NCBI GenBank assembly: GCA_963843375.1
Contig: CAWJKT010000008.1
Location: forward strand, 64,001-128,000
Length of the DNA stretch: 64,000 nucleotides
Origin: an uncultured Pseudomonadota bacterium
Lineage (GTDB): Bacteria; Oederibacteriota; Muellerivitia; Muellerivitales; Muellerivitaceae
Reading direction: 5' to 3'
Positions 50,566 through 61,868 of this stretch are shown piece by piece; positions within the stretch are counted from its first letter, which is position 1, and each line of letters opens with the position of its first letter. A program made the translations under genes and the position numbers. The notes under the pieces are model-generated. The model was not told the origin of the DNA. It worked only from the letters and a program-made list of their open reading frames with translations, and did not search any database.

Positions 50566-51625
50566 TGGGATTTCCTTTTTCTTTTACTGGAACGTCTAAT
50601 CCAAAGGAGATTCGAGCCAACAGCCTACCCGAAAAATCCAAATAATTGTCGATCCAGCTACACCAAACTTGAGCATCCAGAGAATCCTCCCCTTGCCCAA
50701 CAATAAACTTGCGCAAACCCATTTCCTCATAGGTCCGGTCGGATTGATAAAATCCCGGATCCAAACCCTGGGAATTATAATTGGCGTCCCCTTCCCAGGA
50801 GAAAAAGTTCCAACCCTTCCAAAGAATTCCATAGAGTTCCGCGATATTCCCGGGGGAAACCGAGCCCCTAAGGTATATTCCCCAACCCCATTGAGCATCG
50901 GTAACCTGGAGAAAAGGCCCCTGCAAATTTCCGCTAAGCAGGCCGTAAGTTGAAATTGAAGCCGGCCCAAGGAAACCCATATCTTCATGAAACCGGCCTC
51001 CCAGAGCAAAGGCATAATTATTGACGACCCCAACATAAAAAAGCTTGCCACCCTGGTGATAGCCGTGAAATTGAAAATCAGTAGTAAAATTTCCGCTTAA
51101 TGGAAATTGGCCCGTGCCTCCATAATCGAATATTTCCGGATACCCCGGCGTGTTCAGTTGTTGCCAATTGAGAAACGAATCCGTTTGAAACCAACCGTCC
51201 ATTTCCTTCCATTGAACACCGTATTCGACCGGGCGGGTGATTTCGAGGGTTGTCACCTCCAAGGGCTCTAAGAACCCGTGCCGATCCTGGGTTTCCAGGG
51301 TTCCAAAGATCAATCGGGTCGTTGGGGTGAAATAAGCAAAAGATAAGATGGGCTTTAAATCCAAGTAATCGTCCCAGCCGCTGGTATGGTCCATGAAAAA
51401 CCCAGCATCAATCCTGGTACGTTCGCCTGTCAAAGCCACTAAGGAACTTTTTATTTGCTGCCCAAATAGGGTTTCTTCCGAGCGAAAGGGACCGTTGAAA
51501 CCCTCTTCGTCCCCGTAAAATGTTAAATTATTTTGAAAGGTTACGTTGTCGGCCAAGGCAAGATTCATGAACCCCCAACACCCAGCGGCTATTAAAATGA
51601 AAAATAAAGAAATCTTTTTTTTCAT
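50555..51625 (-). CDS. Putative outer-membrane beta-barrel protein
   Basis: Signal peptide; paralogous motifs as above. Confidence 0.65.
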   Translation of the reverse strand: MKKKISLFFILIAAGCWGFMNLALADNVTFQNNLTFYGDEEGFNGPFRSEETLFGQQIKSSLVALTGERTRIDAGFFMDHTSGWDDYLDLKPILSFAYFTPTTRLIFGTLETQDRHGFLEPLEVTTLEITRPVEYGVQWKEMDGWFQTDSFLNWQQLNTPGYPEIFDYGGTGQFPLSGNFTTDFQFHGYHQGGKLFYVGVVNNYAFALGGRFHEDMGFLGPASISTYGLLSGNLQGPFLQVTDAQWGWGIYLRGSVSPGNIAELYGILWKGWNFFSWEGDANYNSQGLDPGFYQSDRTYEEMGLRKFIVGQGEDSLDAQVWCSWIDNYLDFSGRLLARISFGLDVPVKEKGNPNGY

Positions 51626-51645
51626 GGGTAATTTCGAGCATAAAT

Positions 51646-51673
51646 AAAAACGGACCCCAAAGGGTCCGTTTTT
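51646..51673. terminator. Bidirectional-type terminator
   Basis: AAAAACGGACCC/GGGTCCGTTTTT. Confidence 0.7.
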
Positions 51674-51695
51674 AAAGTTTGGTCGGAAGAAAGGA

Positions 51696-53195
51696 TTAGA
51701 ACGAGAAGGTTAAATTCACTCCACCTTCAAGTCCGCTGAAATCCAGGGTTAATGGAGTCGTGGGGTCTGGAATCCCGGTGGACTGATTTATCATATTAGA
51801 GAAACCATTGGCGTTTCCGCTTGCTGTTCCTACAGCTCCACTTTTCGTGTCAACCAGAAGGGTATTACCACCATTTTGGAAATTGGACGCGCTCAAGTAA
51901 CGGTAGCCAATATAGGGCCCAAGGGCAATGCCTTTGCCTAAAACGAAATCCACACCAAGGATCGCTTGGCCATTGAAAGCCATCGTACTATAAGTTGCTG
52001 AACTGGTATCGGTTGCCAGTTGAGCGGTTCCAGTGGAATTATAGGACACCTTGGTGAAGGTAGTACTCACTGGTGAAATACCTCCGCCCAATCCCAGATA
52101 ACCCTTCACCTTGTCGTCGCCGAAGATAACCTTAAATCCCAAATCAGCAGTAATAATCGAAGTATTGTAAGTATATTGCCAAACATCCGCATTTGTTGGA
52201 TATGAAGGGGGCGTTCCATCAGGGTCCATTCGAGAGTAATCATATGTTGTATAAGACAAATTGCCGACCGGGAAATAGCCGATCGCCAAATTAATTTCAA
52301 AATTTTTCCCCAATTGAACATAAGGCTCAAATTCAGGCAAGGCGATTACATTTGGAGTATCCCCGTTTAGAGACACGCTGTTGGAGGCCGTCACATATTG
52401 CTTAATCTGGGTCGGGTCGGAAAAGATATATTCCATACCGCCCAACAGGTGAAATCCGACAGTCACGTCATTACCCTTTTCACCGGCTGCGCCTCCACCC
52501 CCGGCCATGGCCGTTCCCGTAAATTTGGCAACCTGATCATCCACCCACTGCTGGTCATCGGAAGAAAGAGAGGCTTTTATCCTGTCGGCATAAGCTTTAA
52601 TGGAATCATTGGGCTGTTTGACGTTGGCAATGGCGAAATAAAGGGCCGCATTTCGGGCGTTTCCGGTGTTGTAGTAAGCGTATCCGGCGTAGTAATAGGG
52701 CCGGTAATCATTGGGATTCTGTTGGATAGCCGCGTTGAAATATTGGATGGCCTGAGCATATTGCCGCTGCTGAAACAGAGAATAACCAGTGCTCATGTAA
52801 TTGGGGGAAGCTTGCGCTTGGGGCATTCCCGCTCCGGCCATGGCGCCACCCGCGCCAACCTGGGCTTGAAGGTTTTGGACAAATTGGGCCAGTTGAGCGT
52901 TACCTGGCTGCAACGCCGCGGCTCTTTGATAATAAGTCAAGGCGTCTGCCTTGCGGCCCAAGGCATAGTAACAATTTCCCAACCCTTGATAGGCTTGACC
53001 ATTATTGGGATTCATTTTTACGGCCGCATAGTAATATTGGGCGGCCTGGGCGTAATTTTGAGCGCTATAGTATTGATTACCGGCGGCATAATATTGGTCG
53101 GCCGAAGCTCCTTGGGCATCCGACGAGGCCGGCATCCAAAAGTTCAAGAACGCCGCCAAAATAAAAATGAAACCCCAGGTCTTCATGCCTCGCAT
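51696..53195 (-). CDS. Exported TPR-repeat protein with C-terminal beta-barrel-like domain
   Basis: Signal peptide, two TPR clusters (AYQGLGNCYY, YYYAGYAYY), ends GVNLTFSF. Confidence 0.75.
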   Translation of the reverse strand: MRGMKTWGFIFILAAFLNFWMPASSDAQGASADQYYAAGNQYYSAQNYAQAAQYYYAAVKMNPNNGQAYQGLGNCYYALGRKADALTYYQRAAALQPGNAQLAQFVQNLQAQVGAGGAMAGAGMPQAQASPNYMSTGYSLFQQRQYAQAIQYFNAAIQQNPNDYRPYYYAGYAYYNTGNARNAALYFAIANVKQPNDSIKAYADRIKASLSSDDQQWVDDQVAKFTGTAMAGGGGAAGEKGNDVTVGFHLLGGMEYIFSDPTQIKQYVTASNSVSLNGDTPNVIALPEFEPYVQLGKNFEINLAIGYFPVGNLSYTTYDYSRMDPDGTPPSYPTNADVWQYTYNTSIITADLGFKVIFGDDKVKGYLGLGGGISPVSTTFTKVSYNSTGTAQLATDTSSATYSTMAFNGQAILGVDFVLGKGIALGPYIGYRYLSASNFQNGGNTLLVDTKSGAVGTASGNANGFSNMINQSTGIPDPTTPLTLDFSGLEGGVNLTFSF

Positions 53196-53384
53196 TGCCG
53201 CCTCCGATAAATGGGTTCTGAGTTTTTTGAAAAATTTTCTACTTTTCTAGCCTTGAAGCATCAGACATTATAAAGTTTTAAAAAAAGCCGTCTAGGAAAA
53301 TGATTCCCTTTCGACGGTTTGAGTTTTAACGGTTTTTACCCGATTTCCAGGGATTTAAACCCTTCAAAAGCGGATTTCAAATTT

Positions 53385-54590
53385 TCATGAAGTGGCCGGG
53401 GTTGCAACTGGAGCTTCAACTTCTCGCGTTCCTTCCTGGGGTTCATTCACATAAACTTGAGGGGCAATGTTGACTTGCTTTTTATAATCGCCCCGTACCC
53501 GATCCACAAATGTCGGGGTAGCATCAGCTTTCACCAGGCAAACAAGCGACCCTCCCCAACCAATACCCATCATGCGGGAGCCGAGACATCCCGGTTGATT
53601 ACGGACCACACGGGTCAGGATGTCCACTTCCTGGCAAGTCGCTTTCAACTTGTCCGCAAGAGAATCGTGGGATTCGTTTAAGAGCTGCCCAAAACTTTCA
53701 TAATCGCCTTTGATCAGCAAGTCTTTTGCCTTTTTGACGCGCTGATTTTCGTAAACAACATGGTCCAACCGCTTTCGCAGGATAATATCAATATTCTTTC
53801 GAGCCATCTCATAAGCTTCCCCGCCTACATCTCTTAAGGAAATAACCTTCGGCACGAATTTTCGGATTTCCGCCAACAATTGATTGAAAAGTTCAAGCCG
53901 TCTTTTTAAACTCATCCTCTCTCTCTTTTTTACGAACTCCGCTGTCCACCACCACCAGCTTGTAATTTTTAGAGTCAAAAGGCATGTATTCCGGCTTGAA
54001 GGTGCGGGCATCAAACAAAACAAGTTGATCTTTCTTTGCGAACTTGATGGCATAAGGTGAAAAATAATCGCCCCTCGAGGTCATGAATTGGCTTTCCACA
54101 CGATGGCAAAGTTTCGTCAGGGTGGCGTCATCCAGGGGATTGTTACCCAGTTCGTTGCAAGCAACAGCGGTGGCCACTGTGATAGCCGCCGAGGTTCCCA
54201 AACCGATTCCTTCCGGCACGTCCCCAGCCAACACCATCTGGATGCCTTCCAGTTTGCGCCCAGTCCGTTCATAAAAGTAAAGAACACCTTTTGGAAAATT
54301 CGCCCACCCATCGCCCCGGTCAAACTTCAGCGTGGTAAGGGAGACCTTTATTTTTTCGTCATAATTTAGGGAGTGAATAAAAGCCATTTTGTCGCCCTTC
54401 GTTGGGCGGCCACCACCACCGAGTGGTTCCCCGCCGCTAAAAGACTGAACCCATCCACGGCTTCTGTGTATTCCCCGCCCAACAAAGTTAAGCGGCTGGG
54501 GGCCACCACCATAGTGATTTTTCGGCCGGAATCGCCATATTGATGGATAAAAGTGGCCTGAGCTTTTTTGACAAGTTCTTCAAGTGGCAT
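53385..54590 (-). CDS. Galactokinase-like GHMP kinase, divergent; two apparent frameshifts
   Basis: APSRLTLLGGEYTE, WANFPKGV, PEGIGLGTSAA, HVVYENQRV, SRMMGIGWGG. Confidence 0.7.
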
Positions 54591-54604
54591 AAACCCTCCG
54601 AAAA

Positions 54605-55432
54605 CTATTTATGGAACAAAATCAGGTAATAAAAAAGGACGGGGGCGTTGAAGAGTAAACTATCAATCCGATCAAAAACCCCACCGTGACCAGGAAGCAA
54701 AGAACCCGAATCCTTGGCGGAGAGACTTCGTTTGATGAGGGATTCTACCAGATCACCCAGTTGCCCAAACAAAGAAAGTAAAACGGAAAGCGCCAAAACA
54801 TCCGCAGGAGTGTAAGGATTGATTACGCCAAAATAGTTCATACCATTCCAAAGTAAAAACAAGCTCACGACCACCAAAACAAATCCCCCGACACACCCCT
54901 CCACGGACTTTTTAGGCGAAGCCAGAGGGGCAAAATGATGTTTTCCCCACCAACAGCCAGCGAAGTATCCACCCGTATCGTAAGCCCAGGTAGCGATATA
55001 AAGCCAAAGAAGATGCCAAGACCCCTGCGGAAGTTCTCTTAATCTGAAAAAGTAATGACCCAGTACGCCGAAATAAGCCACCCCGAAGAAAGTCACGCTG
55101 ACGGATACCACCATTTCCTTTAAAGGCCTATGCGACCAAAGGAAGGATAGGGTGAGTATGAAAATCCCCAGCGTTAAAACGTCCGTTCCGCCCCAAGGCC
55201 GCAGCGGCGGAACAACCCAAGGTAAAAGGAGAAGACCCAAAGCAACTAGGCCTTCGGTTCTCAAGGTTTTTAATTTATGAGCGTCTGCCAGCCGGAAATA
55301 TTCCACAAAAGCCAGACCCAGGCCCAATACCACCATGATTTTAAATAAAATATTTGATCCCCAAAAAGTTGCGAATAAAAGGACCACGATGGCGGGGATA
55401 GCGACAAGTATTCGCTTAGTCAAGGAGCCCAT
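54605..55432 (-). CDS. cdsA: Phosphatidate cytidylyltransferase
   Basis: SPKKSVEG, GDLVESLIKR, KDSG..LPGHGGVFDRIDS. Confidence 0.95.
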   Translation of the reverse strand: MGSLTKRILVAIPAIVVLLFATFWGSNILFKIMVVLGLGLAFVEYFRLADAHKLKTLRTEGLVALGLLLLPWVVPPLRPWGGTDVLTLGIFILTLSFLWSHRPLKEMVVSVSVTFFGVAYFGVLGHYFFRLRELPQGSWHLLWLYIATWAYDTGGYFAGCWWGKHHFAPLASPKKSVEGCVGGFVLVVVSLFLLWNGMNYFGVINPYTPADVLALSVLLSLFGQLGDLVESLIKRSLSAKDSGSLLPGHGGVFDRIDSLLFNAPVLFYYLILFHK

Positions 55433-56202
55433 GAAGTCACGCTCCCCATGATGCTTTCAACGCCCCCAAATCGCCTTTGGCGTGTCTGAAAATCGCGCAA
55501 GGCTGCGATGAAATGAGGTGTCCTGAAATCCGGCCAAAGGGTTTTGGTAATGTGGAATTCGGAATAGGCCAATTCCCAAAGAAGGAAATTGGAAACCCGC
55601 ATTTCCCCGCTGGTACGGATCAAAAGATCCACTTCCGGCAGATGGCTCGTGGAAAGAAAACGAGTTATCGTTTTTTCTGAAATGTTCGTCGGTTTCAACC
55701 GCCCCTTTTTAACTTCTTGAGCGATCCCTTTAACCGCCCAGGTCAAATCGTTTCGACCGCTATAGGACAAGGCCAGCACCAGTTTCAAGCCCGTGCAACG
55801 GGAAGTGGTCTCAATGGATTTTTTAAGTTCCTCACGGATTTCTTTTGGCAGGTCTTCAGTATTGCCGATAGTTTGAAGCTGGACGTTGTTTTGTAAAAGT
55901 TCCTCCACTTCATTACGCAGATATTGTTTTAAAAGTTGCATTAAAAGGCCGACTTCCTGGCGAGGTCTTTTCCAGTTCTCGGTGGAAAAAGCGTAAAGGG
56001 TCAGGGCCTCCAACCCCAATTCACCGGATAATCTCACGAGTTCGCGAATAGAATGGGCTCCCGCTCGGTGACCGGCAATACGGGGTAAATGTCGCTTTTT
56101 CGCCCAACGGCCATTGCCATCCATAATGATGGCCACGTGGCGGGGCAAATGGGGTTTAAGTCGGTAGCGCTTTAGAAGTTCGGCCTTTTTGGGGGTTTCC
56201 AC
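55420..56202 (-). CDS. uppS: Undecaprenyl diphosphate synthase
   Basis: HVAIIMDGNGRWA, FSTENWKRP, RTSGEMRVSNFLLW. Confidence 0.96.
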   Translation of the reverse strand: METPKKAELLKRYRLKPHLPRHVAIIMDGNGRWAKKRHLPRIAGHRAGAHSIRELVRLSGELGLEALTLYAFSTENWKRPRQEVGLLMQLLKQYLRNEVEELLQNNVQLQTIGNTEDLPKEIREELKKSIETTSRCTGLKLVLALSYSGRNDLTWAVKGIAQEVKKGRLKPTNISEKTITRFLSTSHLPEVDLLIRTSGEMRVSNFLLWELAYSEFHITKTLWPDFRTPHFIAALRDFQTRQRRFGGVESIMGSVTSWAP

Positions 56203-56210
56203 AGCCTTGG

Positions 56211-56768
56211 TTAAAACTCCATGATTTCTTTTTCTTTGTGTTCGCTGAGTTTCCCAATTTCCTGCGTATAAAGATCCGTCATTTTCTGGTTTCGCTCGTG
56301 GAATTTCTTGAAATCATCCTCGGCAATTTCTTTTTTCATGTGATCTAAAGCTTTATTGGCGTCCTGGCGGATACTGCGAATCGCCACCCTTCCGCCTTCT
56401 GCGTGCTTGTGGACCAATTTCACGAATTCTTTTCGTCGTTCTTCCGTCAACGGCGGCATCGAAAGCCGGATGACTTTCCCGTCATTGTTGGGTGCGATCC
56501 CCAAATCGCTTTTTTGTAGGGCCTTTTCAATTTCCATCAAAGCTTGGGGGTCCCAGGGTTTCATTTCCAGGGTTCGTGAATCGGGTACTGAAATATTGGC
56601 CACCTGATTTAAAGGCACCAACGAACCGTAATATTCGACTTTTATATTTTCAACAAGGGCCGCGGAAGCCCGACCAGTTCGAACGGAGGAAAATTCCCGT
56701 TTGGTAGCCTCAACGGCTTTTTTCATTTTAGATTCGGTTTCATTTAGGACTTGGTTCGCGTCGGCCAC
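56211..56768 (-). CDS. frr: Ribosome recycling factor
   Basis: RTGRAS, PPLTEERRKE. Confidence 0.96.
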   Translation of the reverse strand: MADANQVLNETESKMKKAVEATKREFSSVRTGRASAALVENIKVEYYGSLVPLNQVANISVPDSRTLEMKPWDPQALMEIEKALQKSDLGIAPNNDGKVIRLSMPPLTEERRKEFVKLVHKHAEGGRVAIRSIRQDANKALDHMKKEIAEDDFKKFHERNQKMTDLYTQEIGKLSEHKEKEIMEF

Positions 56769-56825
56769 TTGGATAAACCTCGATTTTGAATTCAGAAAAA
56801 CTAAACAATCATTTAAAACCCGAAA

Positions 56826-57569
56826 TTAATTCCTTACAACCGTTCCAATCGGTTCACCGCAAACCGCGCGTTGGATATTTCCGGGTTGATGAAGGTCAAA
56901 AACAACAATTGGAAGCTTGTTTTCCATACAAAGGGTCAGAGCGGTGGTATCCATGACCCGCAGTTGCCGGTTGATGGCGTCGATATAGGTAAGGTTTTTG
57001 AACTTTTTGGCTTGAGGATCTTTCTTGGGGTCAGCGCTATAAATGCCGTCCACATTGGTGGCTTTGAGAATGGCGTCCGCGCCGATCTCAATGGCCCTGA
57101 GCGCTGCAGCCGTATCCGTTGTAAAGTAGGGATTTCCCGTGCCCCCGGCGAAGATAACGATGCGACCCTTTTCCATATGCCGCAAGGCCCGGCGGCGGAT
57201 ATAGGGTTCGGCGACTTTGGACATTTCAATGGCGCTTTGGACCCGGGTATGGGCTCCTTGTTGTTCGAGGGCGTTTTGAAGTGCCAGTGCGTTGATCAAA
57301 GTGGCCAGCATGCCCATGTAATCGGAGGAAACTCGGTCCATGCCCATACGTTCGCCATCGGCACCACGGTAGATATTGCCGCCTCCGATGACGAGGGCAA
57401 TTTCCACCCCGGATTTCTGGACATCATAAACCGCCCGGGCAATGGCCCGGACGACTTTTTCATCAATACGGTGTTCATTGTCCCCCGCCAAAGCTTCACC
57501 CGAAAGCTTAAGCAATACCCGGCGGTAAACCGGTTTGGACTTTGAACTTTTAGAAGACTTTGGAGCCAT
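56826..57569 (-). CDS. pyrH: UMP kinase
   Basis: [24 protein letters not shown]. Confidence 0.96.
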   Translation of the reverse strand: MAPKSSKSSKSKPVYRRVLLKLSGEALAGDNEHRIDEKVVRAIARAVYDVQKSGVEIALVIGGGNIYRGADGERMGMDRVSSDYMGMLATLINALALQNALEQQGAHTRVQSAIEMSKVAEPYIRRRALRHMEKGRIVIFAGGTGNPYFTTDTAAALRAIEIGADAILKATNVDGIYSADPKKDPQAKKFKNLTYIDAINRQLRVMDTTALTLCMENKLPIVVFDLHQPGNIQRAVCGEPIGTVVRN

Positions 57570-57637
57570 TTTCTTTCCCGCGAAAGACATTTCGAAAGGC
57601 AACCAAGTGGCCGCTAGCTTCACTGGCGGTTTTTAGA

Positions 57638-58227
57638 TTACTCGCCTAATTGCAACCGCGCGAACCGGCGAACCACCACATTTTCACCCAATTTGGCGGC
57701 TACCTCAGTGACATATTGTTTAACGCTTTTCTTCGGCTCCCGGATATAAGGCTGGTCCATCAGGCATACCTGCTTATAGTAGCTTTCAATCTTGCCCTCG
57801 GCGATTTTCGCCTGAACCGCTTCCGGTTTCCCCGATTGCTTGGCTTCGTTCATGTAAATTTCGCGCTCTTTTTCTAATTCGGCGGCCGGAACTTCCTCAC
57901 GGTTGACGTATTTAGGAACGAAGCGGCCACTTGCATGGCCAATTCCTTGGCTAAATTGAGAAAATCGTCCGTCTTAGCCACAAAATCGGTCTCGCAATTG
58001 ACTTCGACCAACACTCCCACTTTGCCGCTGTGAACGTAGCTTCCAATGACGCCCTGATCAGCGTTGCGGCCGGAGCGTTTGGCCACTTGGGCCACGCCCT
58101 TTTCCCTCAGCCAAACAACCGCCTTCTCAAAATCGCCCATGTTTTCCGTCAGGGCTTTTTTACAGTCCATCATGCCCGCGCCGGTTTTTTCGCGAAGTTC
58201 CTTTACCGATGTTGCGGATATTTCCAT
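57638..58227 (-). CDS. tsf: Elongation factor Ts (short form), apparent frameshift near 57915
   Basis: [32 protein letters not shown]. Confidence 0.93.
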
Positions 58228-58278
58228 TTTAAAAAAACCTCCGAAATTAAGAATTCAAAATCTTAAAGACTTGTTGGA

Positions 58279-59258
58279 TTAGGGTTTGTCATCCCGCACA
58301 CGCTTGGTGCGAATACGTTCGACCTTTTCAGTGGCCAATTCGTCAGCGATGACCGCCACGGTTTCGGCGTCACCCGCCAAGTGTTTCCACGCCTCCCACC
58401 AGAAGTTCGGCCACTTCCTTCTGTTCGGGGATTTCCTCGACCGGGATTTCGCTTCGGCTAAGGCGGCTTCACCTTCGGCCGGAAGGGATTTTTCTTGTTC
58501 GGCCGCAGCCAGCATTTCCGCTCCCACTTCGCTAGGTCCGACCACCCCTTCGGCGGAAACTTCCTTGCCTTCCAATTCTTTGGAACGGCCTTCCAAAATA
58601 GCGCTGGCCATGACGGAAGTCATGAGTTTCACAGCGCGGATGGCATCATCGTTACCAGGGAATGACTACATCGATTTCGCCGGGATCGCAATTGGTATCC
58701 ACCACCGCGATCACCGGAATCCCCAACTTACGGGCTTCCTGAACCGCGATATGTTCTTTCTTGGTATCAATCACGAAAATGGCGCCGGGAAGTTTTCCGA
58801 CATTTTTGATGCCGCCCAAGGAGCGCTGAAGCTTTTGTTTGTCTTTGTTCAATCCGGCTTGCTCTTTTTTGGAGCGAGTCGTTCATTTCCTGTTCAGAAA
58901 TGCTTTCCAGTTCCTTCAGGTAGCCGATGGACTTTTTGATGGTGGTGAAATTGGTGAGCATCCCCCCCAACCATCGGTAATTGACATAAGGCATTCCACA
59001 ACGGTCCGCCTCTTCCTTGATGGCGTCTTGGGCCTGCTTTTTAGTCCCGACAAACACAATGGTCTCGCCAGATGCCGCCAGATCTTTCACGAACTGGTAG
59101 GCTTCCTTGAGTTTCTTAACGGTTTTTTGGAGGTCGATAATGTGGATCCCGTTACGCTCCCCGAATATATAGAGGGCCATTTTGGGATTCCAACGGCGGG
59201 TCTGGTGTCCGAAATGCACACCAGCTTCCAACAACTGCTTCATCGAAACAGACATCAT
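58279..59258 (-). CDS. rpsB: 30S ribosomal protein S2 with acidic C-terminal tail; apparent frameshifts
   Basis: [34 protein letters not shown] across three frames. Confidence 0.93.
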
Positions 59259-59264
59259 GGTACG

Positions 59265-59430
59265 ACTCCTTTAAGTTATTCCACCGCCTTTTCTTTCCAC
59301 TCAAGAGTGGATTCCTTTCCAACCCCCTGAATTGGAGGCCACTGAAAGAGAACATGGAAAAAGCGTGAGAGATTGGCCCGCGTTTGCCGCTGGGCCCGCT
59401 TCAACTGGGCCAAAGCCTGTTAAAGCGGTA
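59265..59430 (-). promoter_or_regulatory. Structured rpsB leader (possible S2 autoregulatory RNA)
   Basis: CACGCTTTT...AAAAGGCGGTG pairing plus internal hairpins between a TATAAC box and rpsB. Confidence 0.35.
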
Positions 59431-59560
59431 TGGTTATAACACGCTCCCCCGATGGCAACAAGGGGTAATCAAAAGGAAAAACCATCTTTTAAAAGGCTTT
59501 CTACTACTCAGGATTAAGTTTAAATGAATTGCAATAAGGGGGGTGGAGTCTGTCGGGCAG

Positions 59561-61787
59561 TTAGGGATGGGCTTCCTTGCCCATTCGAAAGACAATGGTT
59601 TTGCCATAAACGAGGGTATCGTGGTCAAAATACTTTTTTTTATAGTCCAGCCCATCGACTAAAAGGGATTGAACGTAAAGGTTATCTAGCCGAGTTATCA
59701 ATGCATTTCAGTGTTAACAAACCGCCGGGATAAACCATCTTGTCCAGTAATATGTCCACTTGTTGAAAATAGCGGGCTTCCCATTTGGTACGTGTTGCTT
59801 CCAGGACAAACCGGATAAAAACCCAGAGCCGAGAAAAGATACCAAACCGACATGACTCCGCCATCATCGTTCCCCGGAATTCCGTCCGGAGTGGATTTGT
59901 AATATTTGCCCATCAGTTCCCTGATTTCTTTTTGGGTGCGCCAGGCTTCATTCGGGACATAGTCAAAAAGATAAGGCCAGGAGATGTCCGGCTCGTTAGT
60001 CGCGTCGTAATGGCCTCCGTCAAAACACTGTTGCAGGCGCTTCACAAAGGCGTCATCACCGCCCAAGAGCATCTTGAGGCCGTCCATATCCTGGGGGGCA
60101 AAGAAAAGATACTGCCAGGCGGTGCCTTCCACATAACCGGGCCCTCCGTTATCCGGCCAGCTTTGGTCACAGCAGTTGGTGACGGGATCAAAAGGCGTCA
60201 TCCAAGTTCCATCGCGATTTTTGGCCCGCAGGAACCCCGTACTCGCATCATAAAAATTTCGGTAGACCCCGGACATATGAATGTACTTTTCATAATCCTT
60301 TGGTTTATCAAGATCTTTTGCCAATTGGGCCAAGCACCAGAAATCGTAAGAATATTCCAGGCTGGTCGAAACCGAACCCCAAAGCAAGATCCCCGCTGTC
60401 GTCATCCTTAGGTATGAAGCCGTACTGCAAGAAGGGACTTCAAGCCGCCAAAGATTTTATTGTCCTTGGGACTAGGCTTTTCACGATGGAGTTATAAGCC
60501 GAATCCACGTCAAAATCCTTGAGCCCCTGCCGGTACGCATCTAAAAGTACCGGAACCGCCGGGCAACCCACCATAACCCGGGTTTCATTTCCCGCCAATT
60601 CCCACTTGGGAAGCCAGCCGCTTTCCTTGGCCATTTCGACAATGCTTTTCACCATGTCCAAATCCCTTTCGGGATAAAAGAGGCCCAAAAAGGGGTGGAG
60701 ATTCCGGTAAGTGTCCCAAAGTGAAAAGACATGGTAACGGATATAGGTATCAGCCTTATCCACTTCATGATGGCCCATGCCTTCGTACTCTCCGTTTACA
60801 TCGGAAAAAACGCTGGGATGGATCAAGGCGTGATAAAGGGCGGTATAAAAAATTTTCAACTGGTCGTTGGAGCCTCCCGTAATCTTTATCCGGGAAAGTT
60901 GCTTCCTCCCAGGCCGCACGGGCCTTCGCCCGGATATCCTGAAAATCCCAATCGGGAACTTCCGTTTTCAAATTTAGCCTAGCATTCGCGACACTCACAT
61001 AGGAAACTCCAACCTTCACCATAATGGGTTCCTGCCCCGTCGTGGAAAACCTGAAAAAAGCTCCGACATCCTTTCCTTTTTGTTCCTTTTTTCCCGAAAT
61101 CAACCCGTCCTTCCAAGTTCCTGTCTGGACGGCCTTTTTGCTGAACTGGGCCACAAAATAAACGGTTTGTTTGTTGCCCGCGAAGGGAGTGCAAAAATCC
61201 CCGCTTTGAGAAGAACCTTCCATTTCCGTCTGGGAGACAATCTTGACGCTGGACTCAAAAGAGGGGGATTTCAAAGTCACCGGATCGGTCGTTAACCGGT
61301 GACTAGCGCTCAAAATAATATTGGCGTCTCCCTTACACGCTGGAAAGTAATATTGGCTCAAACCCACGCGAGTGGTGGCCGTCATTTCCGCTTGGATGTC
61401 GTAGGTTTTAAGGTGGACGGTATAATAACCGGGTGTGGCGGCCTCGGAATCATAAGCGGATTTCCATTGTTCGAGTGAGGTTTTGACATTTCCGGTCGTG
61501 GGCATTAAAAGAACATTTCCCAGATCGGGGCATCCTGTACCGCTTAGATGTACGTGCCCGAAACCATAGATGGCGGGTTCACCATTGATATATCCTGAAG
61601 GCGCTTGGGGTGCGTTATGGGGGCTTACCGAAACCATTCCCCAAGGCAACAAGGCCCCCGGAAAAGTGTTCCCCCCGTTGGCCGTTCCCACGAAGGGGTT
61701 CACCCAATCGGTCAACCCCTCTCCCATCGCAGGGGAGAAAACGAAAATATAAAAGGTTAACGCTAATCCAAACCAAAACCGGTACAT
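59561..61787 (-). CDS. GH92 alpha-mannosidase family, multiple apparent frameshifts
   Basis: GNTFPGA, HLSGTGC, FYTALYH, SLWDTYR, EGTAWQY, NEPD, GNDDGG. Confidence 0.88.
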
Positions 61788-61868
61788 GTTTTTTCGCTTT
61801 TCCTTTTCCAAAAAACGTTGAAAGCTTTAAAATGTTTTGTCGCGCGGAATTCCAAATATAACGGAAGT

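Noticed and set aside
57638..59258. Frameshifts in rpsB and tsf (also xylB, mpg, galK-like, GH92, methyltransferase, first ORF) as pseudogenisation or programmed frameshifting
   Set aside because: They hit essential genes, are single-base, often in homopolymers and are spread across the window; long-read consensus error is the simplest explanation.
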